DNA from: Gemmatimonadota bacterium | GTDB lineage: Bacteria; Gemmatimonadota; Gemmatimonadetes; Longimicrobiales; Gaopeijiaceae | Assembly: GCA_040904885.1 (NCBI GenBank) | Contig: JBBDSN010000188.1 | Coordinates: 17,812-81,811 of the forward strand | Length of the DNA stretch: 64,000 nt | Reading direction: 5' to 3' | Part shown: piece by piece, positions 1 to 9,952 of the stretch | How positions within the stretch are numbered: position 1 is the stretch's first letter | How the letters are laid out: each line of letters begins with the position of its first letter | Position numbers and translations under genes: made by a program | The notes under the pieces: generated by a model | What the model was told of the DNA's origin: nothing | What the model saw: only the letters and a program-made list of their open reading frames with translations | The model's database searches: none

Positions 1-589
1 CTCGAGCGGCGGCGATGGCGATCTCGGCGAGCTGCGTCGGCGTCGGCGTGGGGATGACGGCGGCATCCGTGAAGGTGAGCACCGCGGGACCGAGCCGGTG
101 ATCCTCGTCGAACGCCATGTAGAACGACGAGCTGACGCTCCCGATCCCTTCCGCGGTCCCGACGCCCCGCAGCGCCGCGACCACGACGTCCCCGGTCGTG
201 CGTACGCATCCCGCGACGGAAGCATCGGCCTCGCCGCTGCGCACCATGAGCGCACCCTGGAGCAGGGGGTCCGTGACGAGCTCGGCTGCCCGTCGCGCCG
301 GCTTGCCGGCCTCCTCGCGGAGCCGCTCGAAGGCCGCGCGGAAACCGTCGAGACGTGCCGGTTCCGCCGGATCCCGGATCGCGACCGATTCCGGCTCGAG
401 CCCCACCGCCCGCAATCCGCTCGCGACCTCGTCGGGCGCTCCGATCAGGACCGCATCGAACAGCCCGTCGCGAACACCTTCCGCGACCGCCTGTTGAATG
501 CGGGGCTCCGTGCCCTCCGGAAAGACCACTGTCCGGCGCAGCGATCGCGCCGCCGCCCGGACGCGATCGAGAAAGACGCCGTCCGTCAT
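1..589 (-). CDS. pta: phosphate acetyltransferase family, N-terminal part; the gene runs off the left edge
   Basis: My own minus-strand translation from ATG at 589 gives MTDGVFLDRVRAAARSLRRTVVFPEGTEPRIQQAV...MVRSGEADASVAGCVRTTGD...SSFYM. The FPEG and SG-AD-x-V-G motifs are typical of phosphotransacetylases. The frame stays open to position 1. The start overlaps the coaD stop as ATGA. Confidence 0.65.
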   Translation of the reverse strand, partial: MTDGVFLDRVRAAARSLRRTVVFPEGTEPRIQQAVAEGVRDGLFDAVLIGAPDEVASGLRAVGLEPESVAIRDPAEPARLDGFRAAFERLREEAGKPARRAAELVTDPLLQGALMVRSGEADASVAGCVRTTGDVVVAALRGVGTAEGIGSVSSSFYMAFDEDHRLGPAVLTFTDAAVIPTPTPTQLAEIAIAAAR

Positions 590-1107
590 CCGGCCAGCTT
601 GTCCCGGAGCCGGGCGAGCACCCCGGGCGAGACGAAGCTCGACACGTCCCCGCCGAGGGACGCGACCTCACGCACGAGCGACGAAGAGATGAACGAGTAC
701 CGGGCCTCCGGTACGAGGAAGAGCGTCTCCACTTCGGGCCACAGCTCCTGGTTCATCTGCGCCATCTGCAGCTCATACTCGAAGTCCGAGATGGCCCTCA
801 GGCCGCGCACGATGAAGTGCCCATTCAGCTCCTTGGCGAAGTCGACGAGCAATCCCTGGAACGGGTGAATCTCGACCCGCGGCTCATCGGCGAACACCTC
901 GCGGATGAGCTCCACGCGCTCCTCCACGGAAAAAAGCCCCCGCTTCGTGTGGGTCGCCGTGCGTGCGACCCCGATGACGAGGCGATCCACCAGACGGAGC
1001 GTCCGTCTCGCGATATCCTCGTGGCCCCGGGTGATCGGGTCGAAGGAGCCCGGGTAGAGGCCGACGATCGTGTCAGGTCGAGCGGTCGTCCGTGCCTGTG
1101 GCGTCAT
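586..1107 (-). CDS. coaD: phosphopantetheine adenylyltransferase
   Basis: YPGSFDPITRGHEDI nucleotidyltransferase motif, plus ISSSLVRE near the C-terminus. Start chosen at the internal Met (MTPQA...) of ORF 586..1215; the upstream extension is non-homologous. Confidence 0.9.
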   Translation of the reverse strand: MTPQARTTARPDTIVGLYPGSFDPITRGHEDIARRTLRLVDRLVIGVARTATHTKRGLFSVEERVELIREVFADEPRVEIHPFQGLLVDFAKELNGHFIVRGLRAISDFEYELQMAQMNQELWPEVETLFLVPEARYSFISSSLVREVASLGGDVSSFVSPGVLARLRDKLAG

Positions 1108-1624
1108 GATCGATGAGGGTCGTGAGTGCGGTGTCCCCGTACCGTCGGGTCCGGGCATGATCGGGAAGCGGGAGCTTCTCCCGCCAAGGATGTTCCAACC
1201 AGAGCATACGGGCAAACGGGCGCGCGAGGAATCGCTCGACCAAGGCGCGGGCGTCGCCGGTTTCGTACGGCGGGTCCGCGAACGCCACGTCGAACGGCGT
1301 CGGAACGCGGTCGAGGAAGCGGAACACGTCGTCGCTCACCACCGTGACGCCTTCCTCGGCCCCCAGGGTCGCCACGTTCTCACGCAACGCCGTGAGCGCG
1401 TCCCGTGCGCGCTCCACGAACACGACCTCGGCCGCGCCCCGGCTCAGCGCCTCGAGACCGAGCGCTCCCGAGCCCGCGAACAGGTCGAGCACACGCGCCT
1501 CGGGCAGCTCGGGGCCCGCCGCCGACATCCAGGCTTCCCGAACCCGGTCGGTGGTCGGACGCACGGCCTTTCCCTTCGGCGCCTTGAGACGACGCCCGCC
1601 CCAGCGCCCCGCGATGATCCTCAC
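1073..1624 (-). CDS. rsmD: 16S rRNA (guanine966-N2)-methyltransferase
   Basis: RIIAGRWGGRRL N-terminus, LDLFAGSGALGLEALSRGA SAM-binding motif, FADPPY motif. Start set at a GTG forming a GTGA overlap with the recJ stop. Start is uncertain. Confidence 0.85.
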   Translation of the reverse strand: MRIIAGRWGGRRLKAPKGKAVRPTTDRVREAWMSAAGPELPEARVLDLFAGSGALGLEALSRGAAEVVFVERARDALTALRENVATLGAEEGVTVVSDDVFRFLDRVPTPFDVAFADPPYETGDARALVERFLARPFARMLWLEHPWREKLPLPDHARTRRYGDTALTTLIDHDATGTDDRST

Positions 1625-3363
1625 CGGCTCGGCTCGGACGGACGGAGGTCCACGAGCTTCGCCTGCGGCGTCACCCGCCCCTGCCACTCGTTGCGCTCGA
1701 GGCGGTAGAGCACGTCGTGCGTGCCCCGGCCGACGTCCGTGGGAGGAAAGCGCTCCGCCACGCCGAAGCCGATCGCGTCGAGACGCGTCCGGTCGTGCGT
1801 CAGCACCGCCTTGAGGTGCCCCTGGCCGACCTCGCGTGCCCGGTCCACGACCACGCGGTCAGAGCGGAAGAGCGGACCCGGATTGCCGATGCCGTGCGGC
1901 CCCAGATAGTCGAGCCAACGCACGAGCTCGAGGTCTACATCGGCGGGGTCGAGCGCGAGGTCCGGCCGGAGGGCCGGCCTGAGGTCGTCGCCGCCGAGCC
2001 GATTCCTCGCCTCGGCGTTGAACGCCTCGCGCAGCGCTGGCACCCGGTCGCGCTGGACGTCCATGCCCGCCGCTTGGCGATGTCCGCCGAACCGCTCCAT
2101 ATGCACGGCGCACGCCTTCAACGCGTCGTACAGATGGAAGCCGGGGACCGAGCGGGCGCTTCCCCGCCCACGCGCGCCGTTCAGCGCGACCATCACGACC
2201 GGTCGGTGGATCTGCTCCACGACCCGGGAAGCCACGATGCCGATGACCCCCGGGTGCCACCCCTCCGAGGCCAGGACCACCCCGAAGTCTCGGGCCGGAT
2301 CATAGCGCTCCTCGAGTTGCCGGAACGCTTCGTCCTGCGTTCGGCGGTCTTCCAGGCGCCGCTCGTGGTTGATGGCTTCGAGCGCCTCGGCCAGCGTACG
2401 GGCCTCCCCCGGGTCGTCGGTGAGGAGCAGCCGGAGGGCATCGGCGGAGTCCCCGATCCGGCCGGCCGCGTTGATGCGCGGCGCGACGACGAAGCCCAAC
2501 GCCCCCGCGGTGACACCCGCGGGGTCGGTGCCCGACACGGCCAGAAGCGCCGCGAGTCCCGGCACGGTCGTGTGCTGGAGACGGCGAAGGCCGTACGCGA
2601 CCAACACACGGTTCTCGCCGGTCAACGGGACCAGGTCGGCCACGGTCGCGAGAGCCACGAGGTCCAGAAACCCTGCGAGCTCCTCGAGGTCGGCGTCCAA
2701 AGCCCGGCCGACCAACGCCCCGAGCAGATAAGCGAGCCCGGTGCCGCACAGCTCCTTGCCGGGATAGGCACAGTCCGTGCGCTTCGGGTTGACCAGCGCA
2801 TAGGCGGGAGGGCGTGTGTCGCCGACGGTGTGATGGTCCGTCACGACGACGTCGATTCCTTCCCGGGCGGCGGCCTCGATCGGTCCGTGCGCGACGGTGC
2901 CACAGTCCACGGTCACGATGAGCGTAGCGCCCGCCGCTCGCGCGGCTTCGAGGCCGGCCTCCGAGAAGTCGTATCCGTCGCGCAGCCGGTGGGGAACGAA
3001 CGGGACCACCACACCCCCCAGCGCACGCAGCCAGCGCGTCAGTAGCGCGGTCGCACAGATGCCGTCGACGTCGTAGTCGCCGTGTACCAGGACCGTCTCA
3101 CCCCCGCGGACGGCATCGGCCACGCGGGCCGCCGCCCGCTCTCCGTCCGCGAGCAGGGACGGATCGGGCAGATGCTCGAGCCGCGGCCTGAGAAAGCGCT
3201 TGGCCGCTTCGGGGTCGGTGAGGCCACGAACCGCGAGCACCCGACACACCGCTTCGGGAAGACGAAGCGCGGCCTGGAGGCCCTCGACCGCTCGTGCATC
3301 CGGCTCCGGCGTCGATGCCCAGACCGGGTCGGGGCGCCGCAGGGACCGAGTCACGTCCGCCAT
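1621..3363 (-). CDS. recJ: single-stranded-DNA-specific exonuclease RecJ
   Basis: DHH-family motifs (HGDYDVDGICA, VTVDCG, VVTDHH) and the DHHA1 motif GGHRQAAGM. Length 580 aa. Confidence 0.92.
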   Translation of the reverse strand: MADVTRSLRRPDPVWASTPEPDARAVEGLQAALRLPEAVCRVLAVRGLTDPEAAKRFLRPRLEHLPDPSLLADGERAAARVADAVRGGETVLVHGDYDVDGICATALLTRWLRALGGVVVPFVPHRLRDGYDFSEAGLEAARAAGATLIVTVDCGTVAHGPIEAAAREGIDVVVTDHHTVGDTRPPAYALVNPKRTDCAYPGKELCGTGLAYLLGALVGRALDADLEELAGFLDLVALATVADLVPLTGENRVLVAYGLRRLQHTTVPGLAALLAVSGTDPAGVTAGALGFVVAPRINAAGRIGDSADALRLLLTDDPGEARTLAEALEAINHERRLEDRRTQDEAFRQLEERYDPARDFGVVLASEGWHPGVIGIVASRVVEQIHRPVVMVALNGARGRGSARSVPGFHLYDALKACAVHMERFGGHRQAAGMDVQRDRVPALREAFNAEARNRLGGDDLRPALRPDLALDPADVDLELVRWLDYLGPHGIGNPGPLFRSDRVVVDRAREVGQGHLKAVLTHDRTRLDAIGFGVAERFPPTDVGRGTHDVLYRLERNEWQGRVTPQAKLVDLRPSEPSR

Positions 3364-3388
3364 GGGTCCGCGCTCGGGCCGGCCTCCG

Positions 3389-4174
3389 TCACTCTTCGAC
3401 CAGGGCCTCGTCCGTGACTTCGCTGCCGTCCGTCTCCTCCGCCTTGTCCTCTTCGGCGGGCTCCGGATCGGCGGCCGAGAGAATCACGCCACACGCTTCG
3501 CACCGGATCAGGCCTTCGCCGTGCCGAATCTCGTTCTGGATCTGGAGGGGCACGATGCCGAAGCAGTTGCCACAGGCTCCGTCCTCGGTCAGCTCGGCCA
3601 CGGCCTTCCGGCCGGTCCGGCCGCGGATGGCGTCGTACGTCTTCAGCTCGACGTCGTCGATCTCCTCGCTATACCGGGTCCGCTTCTCCTTCAGCTCTTC
3701 GAGCTCCTTCTCCACCGCCGCCCGCTCCGCGAGCAACGCCTCCTTCTTGGGCTCGACGAGGGACTGGGCTTCCGTGAAGGCGGCCTCGAGCTCTTCGATC
3801 CGATCTTCGGATTTACGGATCTGGTCGAGCAACGTGAACGCTTCCTGCTCGTCGTTCTGCAGCGAGCGCTTCACCATCTCCAGCTCGGCACTCACCGCCG
3901 CTTCTTCGCGCAGGTTGCGGACGGACCCGAGACGCTCTTCGAGCTTCTTCAGGCGCTCCCGCCGCTCATCGATGGAGAGCTCCAGACGGCGCTCCTCGAG
4001 CTTCATCTCCTGGGAGCGCTTCCGCAGCGTCCCCAACTCGCTCTCGAGCACGAGGACCGGCTCTTCGACCTCCTCGAAGAGCGGATCGAAATCTCGAATC
4101 CGCTCCTTGGCCTTGAGAATCCGGGTGTCCAGCTCTTGCAGTTCTTTGAGGTCGGTGCGGCGCTGCTCCGTCAT
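3389..4174 (-). CDS. coiled-coil protein with C-terminal C4 zinc ribbon (COG1579/DUF164-like)
   Basis: Long heptad-rich Glu/Leu/Lys/Arg region followed by CGNC...CEACG. The start overlaps the dnaG stop as ATGA. Confidence 0.75.
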   Translation of the reverse strand: MTEQRRTDLKELQELDTRILKAKERIRDFDPLFEEVEEPVLVLESELGTLRKRSQEMKLEERRLELSIDERRERLKKLEERLGSVRNLREEAAVSAELEMVKRSLQNDEQEAFTLLDQIRKSEDRIEELEAAFTEAQSLVEPKKEALLAERAAVEKELEELKEKRTRYSEEIDDVELKTYDAIRGRTGRKAVAELTEDGACGNCFGIVPLQIQNEIRHGEGLIRCEACGVILSAADPEPAEEDKAEETDGSEVTDEALVEE

Positions 4175-6003
4175 CGGCTCGGTTCGTTCTGTGAGTGATC
4201 TCGTCGGGGCGCGCGGGTCGCGGAGCCCCAGTAGTTCGGGTCGAGCTGGCGAAGCTCCCGTGCGAGCGCGGCCTTCGCGTTCGTAAGCTCGAGCTTCTCT
4301 TCGTCCCCACCCGCAGATTCGATCCGCCGCTGGAGTTCCTGAATCCGTCGGTCCAACGTCAGGACTCGAACCCGGTTCACCGACTTCGTGAACACGTCGA
4401 TCCCGTGGGAGATCTCCTCCGGATCGGAGACGATCTCCTCGAACCGTCGAGCGGTGCCGGGATCCATCGACGGAAGTGGAGCCCGCAGATCGGGATCGTC
4501 AAGAAGCACCTGAAAGATGGCGCGGTGATGCGGATCGTCAAAGTCCTCGGCCGAAACGACCTCCGCAGCGCGCTCCACCCACTCGACCCCGCGGACCATG
4601 ACCTGGAGCAGTTTCCGCTCGGCTCCGAGCCGGGGTACGCGGGGGGTCGGCGAGGCGGGACGAGCCGAAAAAGAGGGTGATCCGGCCGCTTTGCGCACCG
4701 TGCGGCGGGACGAGGTCTCGCGCGCGAGCTCGGCCTCGAGGGTCGCCCTGCGCACGCCGGTCCGGTCGGAGACCTTTTTCACGTAGATATCGCGGAGCGT
4801 GGGATCGGCGGCGGCGCGCATGGTCGGCAACAGCCGGTCGATGGCCGAGCGCGTCCGCTCGATGGACGAGAAGTGGTTCCGCTCGTCCAGGATCTGCAGC
4901 TTGCGGTCCAGCACGTCCACGGACTGGTCGAGGTATCCGCGAAGCGCATCCGGTCCCGGGCCGCGCACGAGCGTGTCGGGGTCTTCGCCCTCCGGCAGCG
5001 TCGCCACCGCAGGATGGAGTCCCGCCTCCAGGAGCACGTCTCCCGCCCGGAACGTCGCCTTGAGCCCCGCGGCATCCGAGTCGAAGAGGAGGATGATGCG
5101 GGTCGCGTATCGGCCCAGGAGGCTCGCCTGCTCGGGCGTCAGCGCGGTCCCGAGCGGAGCCACGACGTTCTCGAATCCGTGGGCGGCGAGCGACACGACG
5201 TCCATGTATCCTTCCACGACCAACGCGCATTCTTCCCTGCGGATCGCGTGACGCGCCCAGGAGAGACCGTAGAGGTTGAGCCCCTTGTGGTAGATGGGCG
5301 TCTCGGGAGAGTTGACGTACTTCGGCGCGTCGGCGCGGTCGCCCTCGAGCACCCTGCCCCCGAACGCGATGATCTTCCCGGACAACGACTCGATCGGGAA
5401 GATGATCCGCCGGCGGAACCGGTCGTACGGCTCCGGAGACTTCTCGCTGGTCCCGAGGAGTCCGAGCTCGATCATCCTGTCTTCGTCGAGCCCGTGCTTC
5501 GCCGCCGCCTCGCGCAGCGCCCGCCACTCATCCGGCGCGTAGCCGATGCCGAAGCGTTCCGCGGTCTCTCCGTCGATGCCCCGTTGCGCGAGATATTCGC
5601 GGGCGACCTTGCCGTCCTCGGGGTCGGTGAAGCGCTCGCGGAACCAGTCCCGCGCGAATCCATTGATCTCGTAGTACGGCCGGTTCGGATCCTCCTCGTC
5701 CCGATCCTTGTGGACTTCCCGGATCTCGACGCCCGAGCGCGCCGCTACGTGCTTCACGGCTTCCACGAAATCCATCCCCTGGCGCTCGATGAGGAACGAG
5801 AAGACGTCCCCGGACTTCCCGCAGCCGAAGCACTTGAAGAAGCCCTTGTCGGGCACGACATAGAAGCTCGGCGTGCGCTCGTCGTGGAACGGGCAGTTCG
5901 CCTTGTACTCCCGGCCCGCCTTCTTGAGCTGGACATACTCTCCGATGATGTCGACGATGTCGGCCCGGGTGCGGACCTCCTCGACCAGATCGTCGGGAAT
6001 CAT
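4171..6003 (-). CDS. dnaG: DNA primase
   Basis: Zinc-binding CPFHDERTPSFYV...FKCFGCGKSGD, then a TOPRIM region (VVEGYMDV ... LFDSDAAG). Confidence 0.95.
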   Translation of the reverse strand: MIPDDLVEEVRTRADIVDIIGEYVQLKKAGREYKANCPFHDERTPSFYVVPDKGFFKCFGCGKSGDVFSFLIERQGMDFVEAVKHVAARSGVEIREVHKDRDEEDPNRPYYEINGFARDWFRERFTDPEDGKVAREYLAQRGIDGETAERFGIGYAPDEWRALREAAAKHGLDEDRMIELGLLGTSEKSPEPYDRFRRRIIFPIESLSGKIIAFGGRVLEGDRADAPKYVNSPETPIYHKGLNLYGLSWARHAIRREECALVVEGYMDVVSLAAHGFENVVAPLGTALTPEQASLLGRYATRIILLFDSDAAGLKATFRAGDVLLEAGLHPAVATLPEGEDPDTLVRGPGPDALRGYLDQSVDVLDRKLQILDERNHFSSIERTRSAIDRLLPTMRAAADPTLRDIYVKKVSDRTGVRRATLEAELARETSSRRTVRKAAGSPSFSARPASPTPRVPRLGAERKLLQVMVRGVEWVERAAEVVSAEDFDDPHHRAIFQVLLDDPDLRAPLPSMDPGTARRFEEIVSDPEEISHGIDVFTKSVNRVRVLTLDRRIQELQRRIESAGGDEEKLELTNAKAALARELRQLDPNYWGSATRAPRRDHSQNEPSR

Positions 6004-8390
6004 GACGCCTCCCGGAAGCCGGCCACGGTGACGCCCGCGCCGCCCTCGGTGGGGCCGCCCATCCGGACGGACCGGACCCGACCGTCGCTCTCGAGCATCT
6101 CGCCCACACGTTGCCGGAGCGCACCCGTCCCCTTCCCATGGATGATGCGGAGCTCGGGGAGGTCCTCGAGAATGGCCTCGTCGAGCGCTCTGGAGAGCGC
6201 GACCTCCAGCTCATGGACCCGGAGCCCGCGCAGATCCACCTCCACCCGGGCCGCCCCCCGGTCCGGCCCCGACCACGAGCCGGAGCGGGTGGCCTCCGGC
6301 GAGGGCTTCCCGCCCCCCTCGATGCGCTCGAGGTCGTGCAGCGCCACTTCCAGCTTGATCGCGCCGGCCTCGACGACGGCTCGCCCAGCGCGGATCTCGG
6401 TGACCCGGCCCTTCGCCCCGGTGGCTCGGAGGCGCACCCGGTCACCCGTGCCGAGCCCGGCAGGGGCCCGGGGCGAGCGGCCCGTCGGCCGGCCGCCTTC
6501 ACCCGCACGGCCCTGCTCGGCGGCGGCGTGCTCGACCCGGCGGCGGGCTCGGTGGACCGCCTCGTCGAGGTCCTCCCCCTCCTCGGCGGCCCGCTTCAAC
6601 TCCTGGACCGCGTCTTCGACCTCGGCCCGGGCGTCGAGCAGGAGTTTGCGCGCATCGTCCCGGGCCTGGGCGGTGTGCGCCGCCTCGGCATCGGACAGGG
6701 TCTGCTCACGCGCTTCGAGCTCCTTGGACAGGCGGGCCGTGCGTTTCCGCTCCAGGTCGAGCTCGTGCACGAGGCGCTCGGCCTCACGCTCACGCTGCTC
6801 GAGGCGTGTGAGTGTCTCTTCGAGGTTGGCCTCGTCCTCGTCACGGTATCCGTCGGCCCGGTCGAGCACTTCGGCCGGGAATCCGAGGCGCCTCGCGATC
6901 GCGAGGCCGTAGCTCCGGCCCGGCCTTCCCTTGAGCAGCCGGTACGTCGGCTCCATGCGCTCGGCATCGAACTGCAGGGACGCGTTCACGATCCCCGTCC
7001 CCTCTCCGTCGAGCCGCTTGAGCGCCCCGAGGTGGGAGGAGGCGAGGGTGAGGGCGCCGCGCGCGACCAGCTCCTCGAGCACCGAGCGCGCGAGGGCCGC
7101 TCCCTCCGCGGGATCGGTGCCCGTGCCCATCTCGTCGACGAGGACCAGAGAGCGGGTATCGGCTCGTCCCACGATCTCCGAAAGATTCGCCAGGTGCGCC
7201 GAGAACGTGGACAGGCTCTGCGCAATCGACTGCTCGTCTCCGATGTCCGCGTAGAACGAGGCGAATACCGGCAGGCGGGTGCCCGGTCCCACGGGGGGCA
7301 CCACACCGCTCTGCGCCAGCGCCGCGATCAGCCCGGTCGCTTTCAGGAAGACGCTCTTTCCGCCCGTGTTGGGTCCGGATACGACCACCGCGCGTTCACC
7401 AGGCCCGAGATCGAGATCGAACGGGATCACCTTTTCGAGTCCCTCTGTCTCGACCAGTAGCGGGTGGCGTGCCCCGACCAGGCGAATGCCGTCCTTGGGG
7501 TCGTCCATCAGCTCCGGAACATGCGCACGCCATGCGGCGGCGACCCGGGCTCGGGCATGCAGCGCGTCGAAGTCGGCGAGCGCGCTCAGGGCACCCCGAA
7601 GCTCGTCGTGTACCGGCGCGAGACGGTCCGTCAGGCTGGCCAGGATGCGCCGGACCTCACGCACCTCCTCGCGCTCCAGGTCCCGCAGCTCGTTCATGGC
7701 TTCGATGGCCTCGGGCGGCTCGACGTAGAGCGTGGCCCCGGTCTGGGACTCGTCGTGGACGATCCCACCGACCTCCCTGCGCCCTTCCCGCCGCACGGGA
7801 ATCACGTAGCGGCCCTCGCGGAGCGTGACCGAGGCGTCCGGCACGACGAAGCGCTCGGCCATGCGGCCCAGGTACGCCTCGAGCCTCTTCACGACCCGGC
7901 CGTGCGCGCCTCTCAGGCGGTCGCGGACGCGGCGGAGCTCCTTCGAGGCGGTATCGAGCACGTTGTCCTCCGCATCGACCGCACGCGAGATCTCCTTCTC
8001 GAGATCCTCCAGCTCGATCAGCGCCTCACGCACTCCCGTCAACTCCGGTCGGTCTCCGGCCACCCGCTCGAGCGCTCGGGCGAGCACGCGCGACGAGCTC
8101 AACAGGACCCCGAGCGCGAAGAGCTCCGCCGCCTCGAGGACGGCTCCGGAGACCCCCAGTCGGCGCAGTGAGTCCTCGACGTCCGGAACCGGCGGCATGC
8201 CCCATTCGGGACGCTCCTCCACGAAACGCATGGTGGCGCGCACACGGTCGAGCTCGCGTGCGACGTCGGCGAGCGTGGACCGGGGCCGCAGCTGCTGGAT
8301 CCTGCGACGTCCAGGCTCACTCGAGGCCCGCTCCGCGACCCGCTCGAGCACCCGTTCGAATTCGAGGACCGCGAGTGCGTGGTCGCTCAT
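6000..8390 (-). CDS. mutS2: endonuclease MutS2 (MutS ATPase plus C-terminal Smr domain)
   Basis: Walker A GPNTGGKSV, DEMGTGTDP, and a C-terminal Smr motif (LDLRGLRV...IIHGKGTGALR). Length 796 aa. Confidence 0.92.
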   Translation of the reverse strand: MSDHALAVLEFERVLERVAERASSEPGRRRIQQLRPRSTLADVARELDRVRATMRFVEERPEWGMPPVPDVEDSLRRLGVSGAVLEAAELFALGVLLSSSRVLARALERVAGDRPELTGVREALIELEDLEKEISRAVDAEDNVLDTASKELRRVRDRLRGAHGRVVKRLEAYLGRMAERFVVPDASVTLREGRYVIPVRREGRREVGGIVHDESQTGATLYVEPPEAIEAMNELRDLEREEVREVRRILASLTDRLAPVHDELRGALSALADFDALHARARVAAAWRAHVPELMDDPKDGIRLVGARHPLLVETEGLEKVIPFDLDLGPGERAVVVSGPNTGGKSVFLKATGLIAALAQSGVVPPVGPGTRLPVFASFYADIGDEQSIAQSLSTFSAHLANLSEIVGRADTRSLVLVDEMGTGTDPAEGAALARSVLEELVARGALTLASSHLGALKRLDGEGTGIVNASLQFDAERMEPTYRLLKGRPGRSYGLAIARRLGFPAEVLDRADGYRDEDEANLEETLTRLEQREREAERLVHELDLERKRTARLSKELEAREQTLSDAEAAHTAQARDDARKLLLDARAEVEDAVQELKRAAEEGEDLDEAVHRARRRVEHAAAEQGRAGEGGRPTGRSPRAPAGLGTGDRVRLRATGAKGRVTEIRAGRAVVEAGAIKLEVALHDLERIEGGGKPSPEATRSGSWSGPDRGAARVEVDLRGLRVHELEVALSRALDEAILEDLPELRIIHGKGTGALRQRVGEMLESDGRVRSVRMGGPTEGGAGVTVAGFREAS

Positions 8391-8419
8391 CTGGTTATCT
8401 CACCCCGCGTGCGGCCACA

Positions 8420-8878
8420 CTACACTAACTCTTCGCGGACGATGCGGTTCGCCTCCTGTCCATCGAAACGTCCACGGATCTGTGGCATGATCTTGCCCAT
8501 GAGCGGCCCCATCTGGTCGGCACCCGAAGCGATCGCCGCACGCACCATTGCACGTACCTCGTCCTCGGACAGCGCCTCGGGAAGGTAGGCTTGCAGAATC
8601 TCCGCCTGCGCTTCCTCCACCTCCGCGAGCTCGTTCCGTCCCCCGTCCCGCATCTGCGTCGCAGCGTCGTTCCGCTGCTTGATCGCCTTCGACACGACCT
8701 GGATGACGGCGTCGTCGTCGAGTGGAGTGCCGCCGTCGATCTCCTTGTTCTTGATCTCGGATAGAAGCGTGGAAAGCACGAGCACACGCGCCTTGTCGCG
8801 CTCCTTGCGCGCGGCGTTCACGTCCGCCTGGATCCGGTCCTTCAACTCACTGGCCACGATGGGTCCGTCTCTTCGCAT
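8420..8878 (-). CDS. GatB/YqeY domain protein
   Basis: 152-aa protein with the characteristic ...AMKARD/ERDKARV..LSTLLSEIKN.. and EAEILQAYLP layout of YqeY-like proteins. Confidence 0.8.
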   Translation of the reverse strand: MRRDGPIVASELKDRIQADVNAARKERDKARVLVLSTLLSEIKNKEIDGGTPLDDDAVIQVVSKAIKQRNDAATQMRDGGRNELAEVEEAQAEILQAYLPEALSEDEVRAMVRAAIASGADQMGPLMGKIMPQIRGRFDGQEANRIVREELV

Positions 8879-8933
8879 GAGGGTCGTCTGTGGGCGGATC
8901 GGCTACCCCCGACCCGCCCGGAAGGTGCGCCGT

Positions 8934-9287
8934 TCAGCCGGGAGGCCACGTCATGGCACGCCCGCCGAGCACGTGGACGTGCAGGTGCCCGACCGCCTGG
9001 CCGCCGTCGTCTCCCGTGTTGATGACCGTGCGGTATCCCGACTCCGCGATCCCCTCTTTGCGCGCCACGTCCTGCGCTGCGATCAGGAGCGCGCCGAGCA
9101 GGTCGCCGTCTCCCAGATCGGCGTCGTCCAACGACGTCACGTGCTTCCTGGGGATGACGAGGGCGTGCACGGGCGCCTGCGGGTCGATGTCGTGGAATGC
9201 GAGCGTGCGCTCGTCCTGCCGGATCACGTTGGAGGGAATCCGGCCTTCGACGATGCCACAGAACAGACAATCCGACGTCGAGCTCAT
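8934..9287 (-). CDS. HIT-family nucleotide hydrolase
   Basis: CLFCGIVEGRIP N-terminus and the histidine triad HLHVHVLGG. Confidence 0.9.
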   Translation of the reverse strand: MSSTSDCLFCGIVEGRIPSNVIRQDERTLAFHDIDPQAPVHALVIPRKHVTSLDDADLGDGDLLGALLIAAQDVARKEGIAESGYRTVINTGDDGGQAVGHLHVHVLGGRAMTWPPG

Positions 9288-9469
9288 GGGATGGGCTCCG
9301 CTTCGTTCGATGTGTGAAAGGTGCTTCGGATCATGCCCGCGCGGGGCGGGCGGCGCAATGCGCCCCGGGGTCCGGCTGACGTCCCGTCACGGCATGGAGA
9401 CGCCCCCGGCCTCGATTGAGGTTGCGTGAGCGTCCGCCGTCCGCCCCGCCCCCGAACCCTGGAGCGACC

Positions 9470-9952
9470 ATGAACCCCATCGCCACCTGCGCAGCGACCT
9501 TCATGGAAGGTCACCCCCACCCCGCGCTCCGCCTCTCCGAGCTCCTGCCGCCCGTGGCCGACCGGGTAGATCGGTCCCTCACCGTCGAGCGGCTGCGCGA
9601 ATCCCTGGCCGAGCACCCGGAATCGTTCCGATTGCTCGATCCGTGGAAGGGTCCGTGGCGGTCGTCCACCCCGGCGCGCAGCGAGGTCACGACCGTCCGG
9701 GAGACGCGTGCCACCCGGTCGCAGCGCGGCGGCGGCGAGGAGGACCGGAGGGGAGACGTCTGGGTCGTCCTCCTCATCGATCCGCACGGCGCGGCCGCTC
9801 CCTGCTCGGGCTCGCCCCTCACCCTGCGCGAGAGCGTCCGGTGGCTCGCGCGGTGCATCGACGCCCGCTCTCCCCTCTCGGTCAGCCGCTGGTACGCCAT
9901 CGCGCTGGCCGAGCGCGAGAGTCGGCGGGCGTTGACGCGCCGGAGCGCGTGA
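9470..9952 (+). CDS. hypothetical protein (160 aa), no recognisable motif
   Basis: One of only two plus-strand genes. I counted third-position G/C in 144 of 160 codons (about 90%). A GGAG lies about 8 nt upstream of ATG 9470. The alternative minus-strand ORFs here are Arg/Gly/Pro-rich junk. Confidence 0.5.
   Translation: MNPIATCAATFMEGHPHPALRLSELLPPVADRVDRSLTVERLRESLAEHPESFRLLDPWKGPWRSSTPARSEVTTVRETRATRSQRGGGEEDRRGDVWVVLLIDPHGAAAPCSGSPLTLRESVRWLARCIDARSPLSVSRWYAIALAERESRRALTRRSA

Noticed and set aside
98-1116. Plus-strand ORFs at the left edge (98..868, 198..497, 355..1116).
   Set aside because: They are antisense to the pta fragment and coaD, both of which carry clear family motifs on the minus strand.
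4873-6912. 679-aa plus-strand ORF antisense to dnaG and mutS2.
   Set aside because: Shadow ORF of a high-GC3 coding region. Low-complexity Arg/Ser/Ala-rich product. The opposite strand encodes well-supported primase and MutS2.
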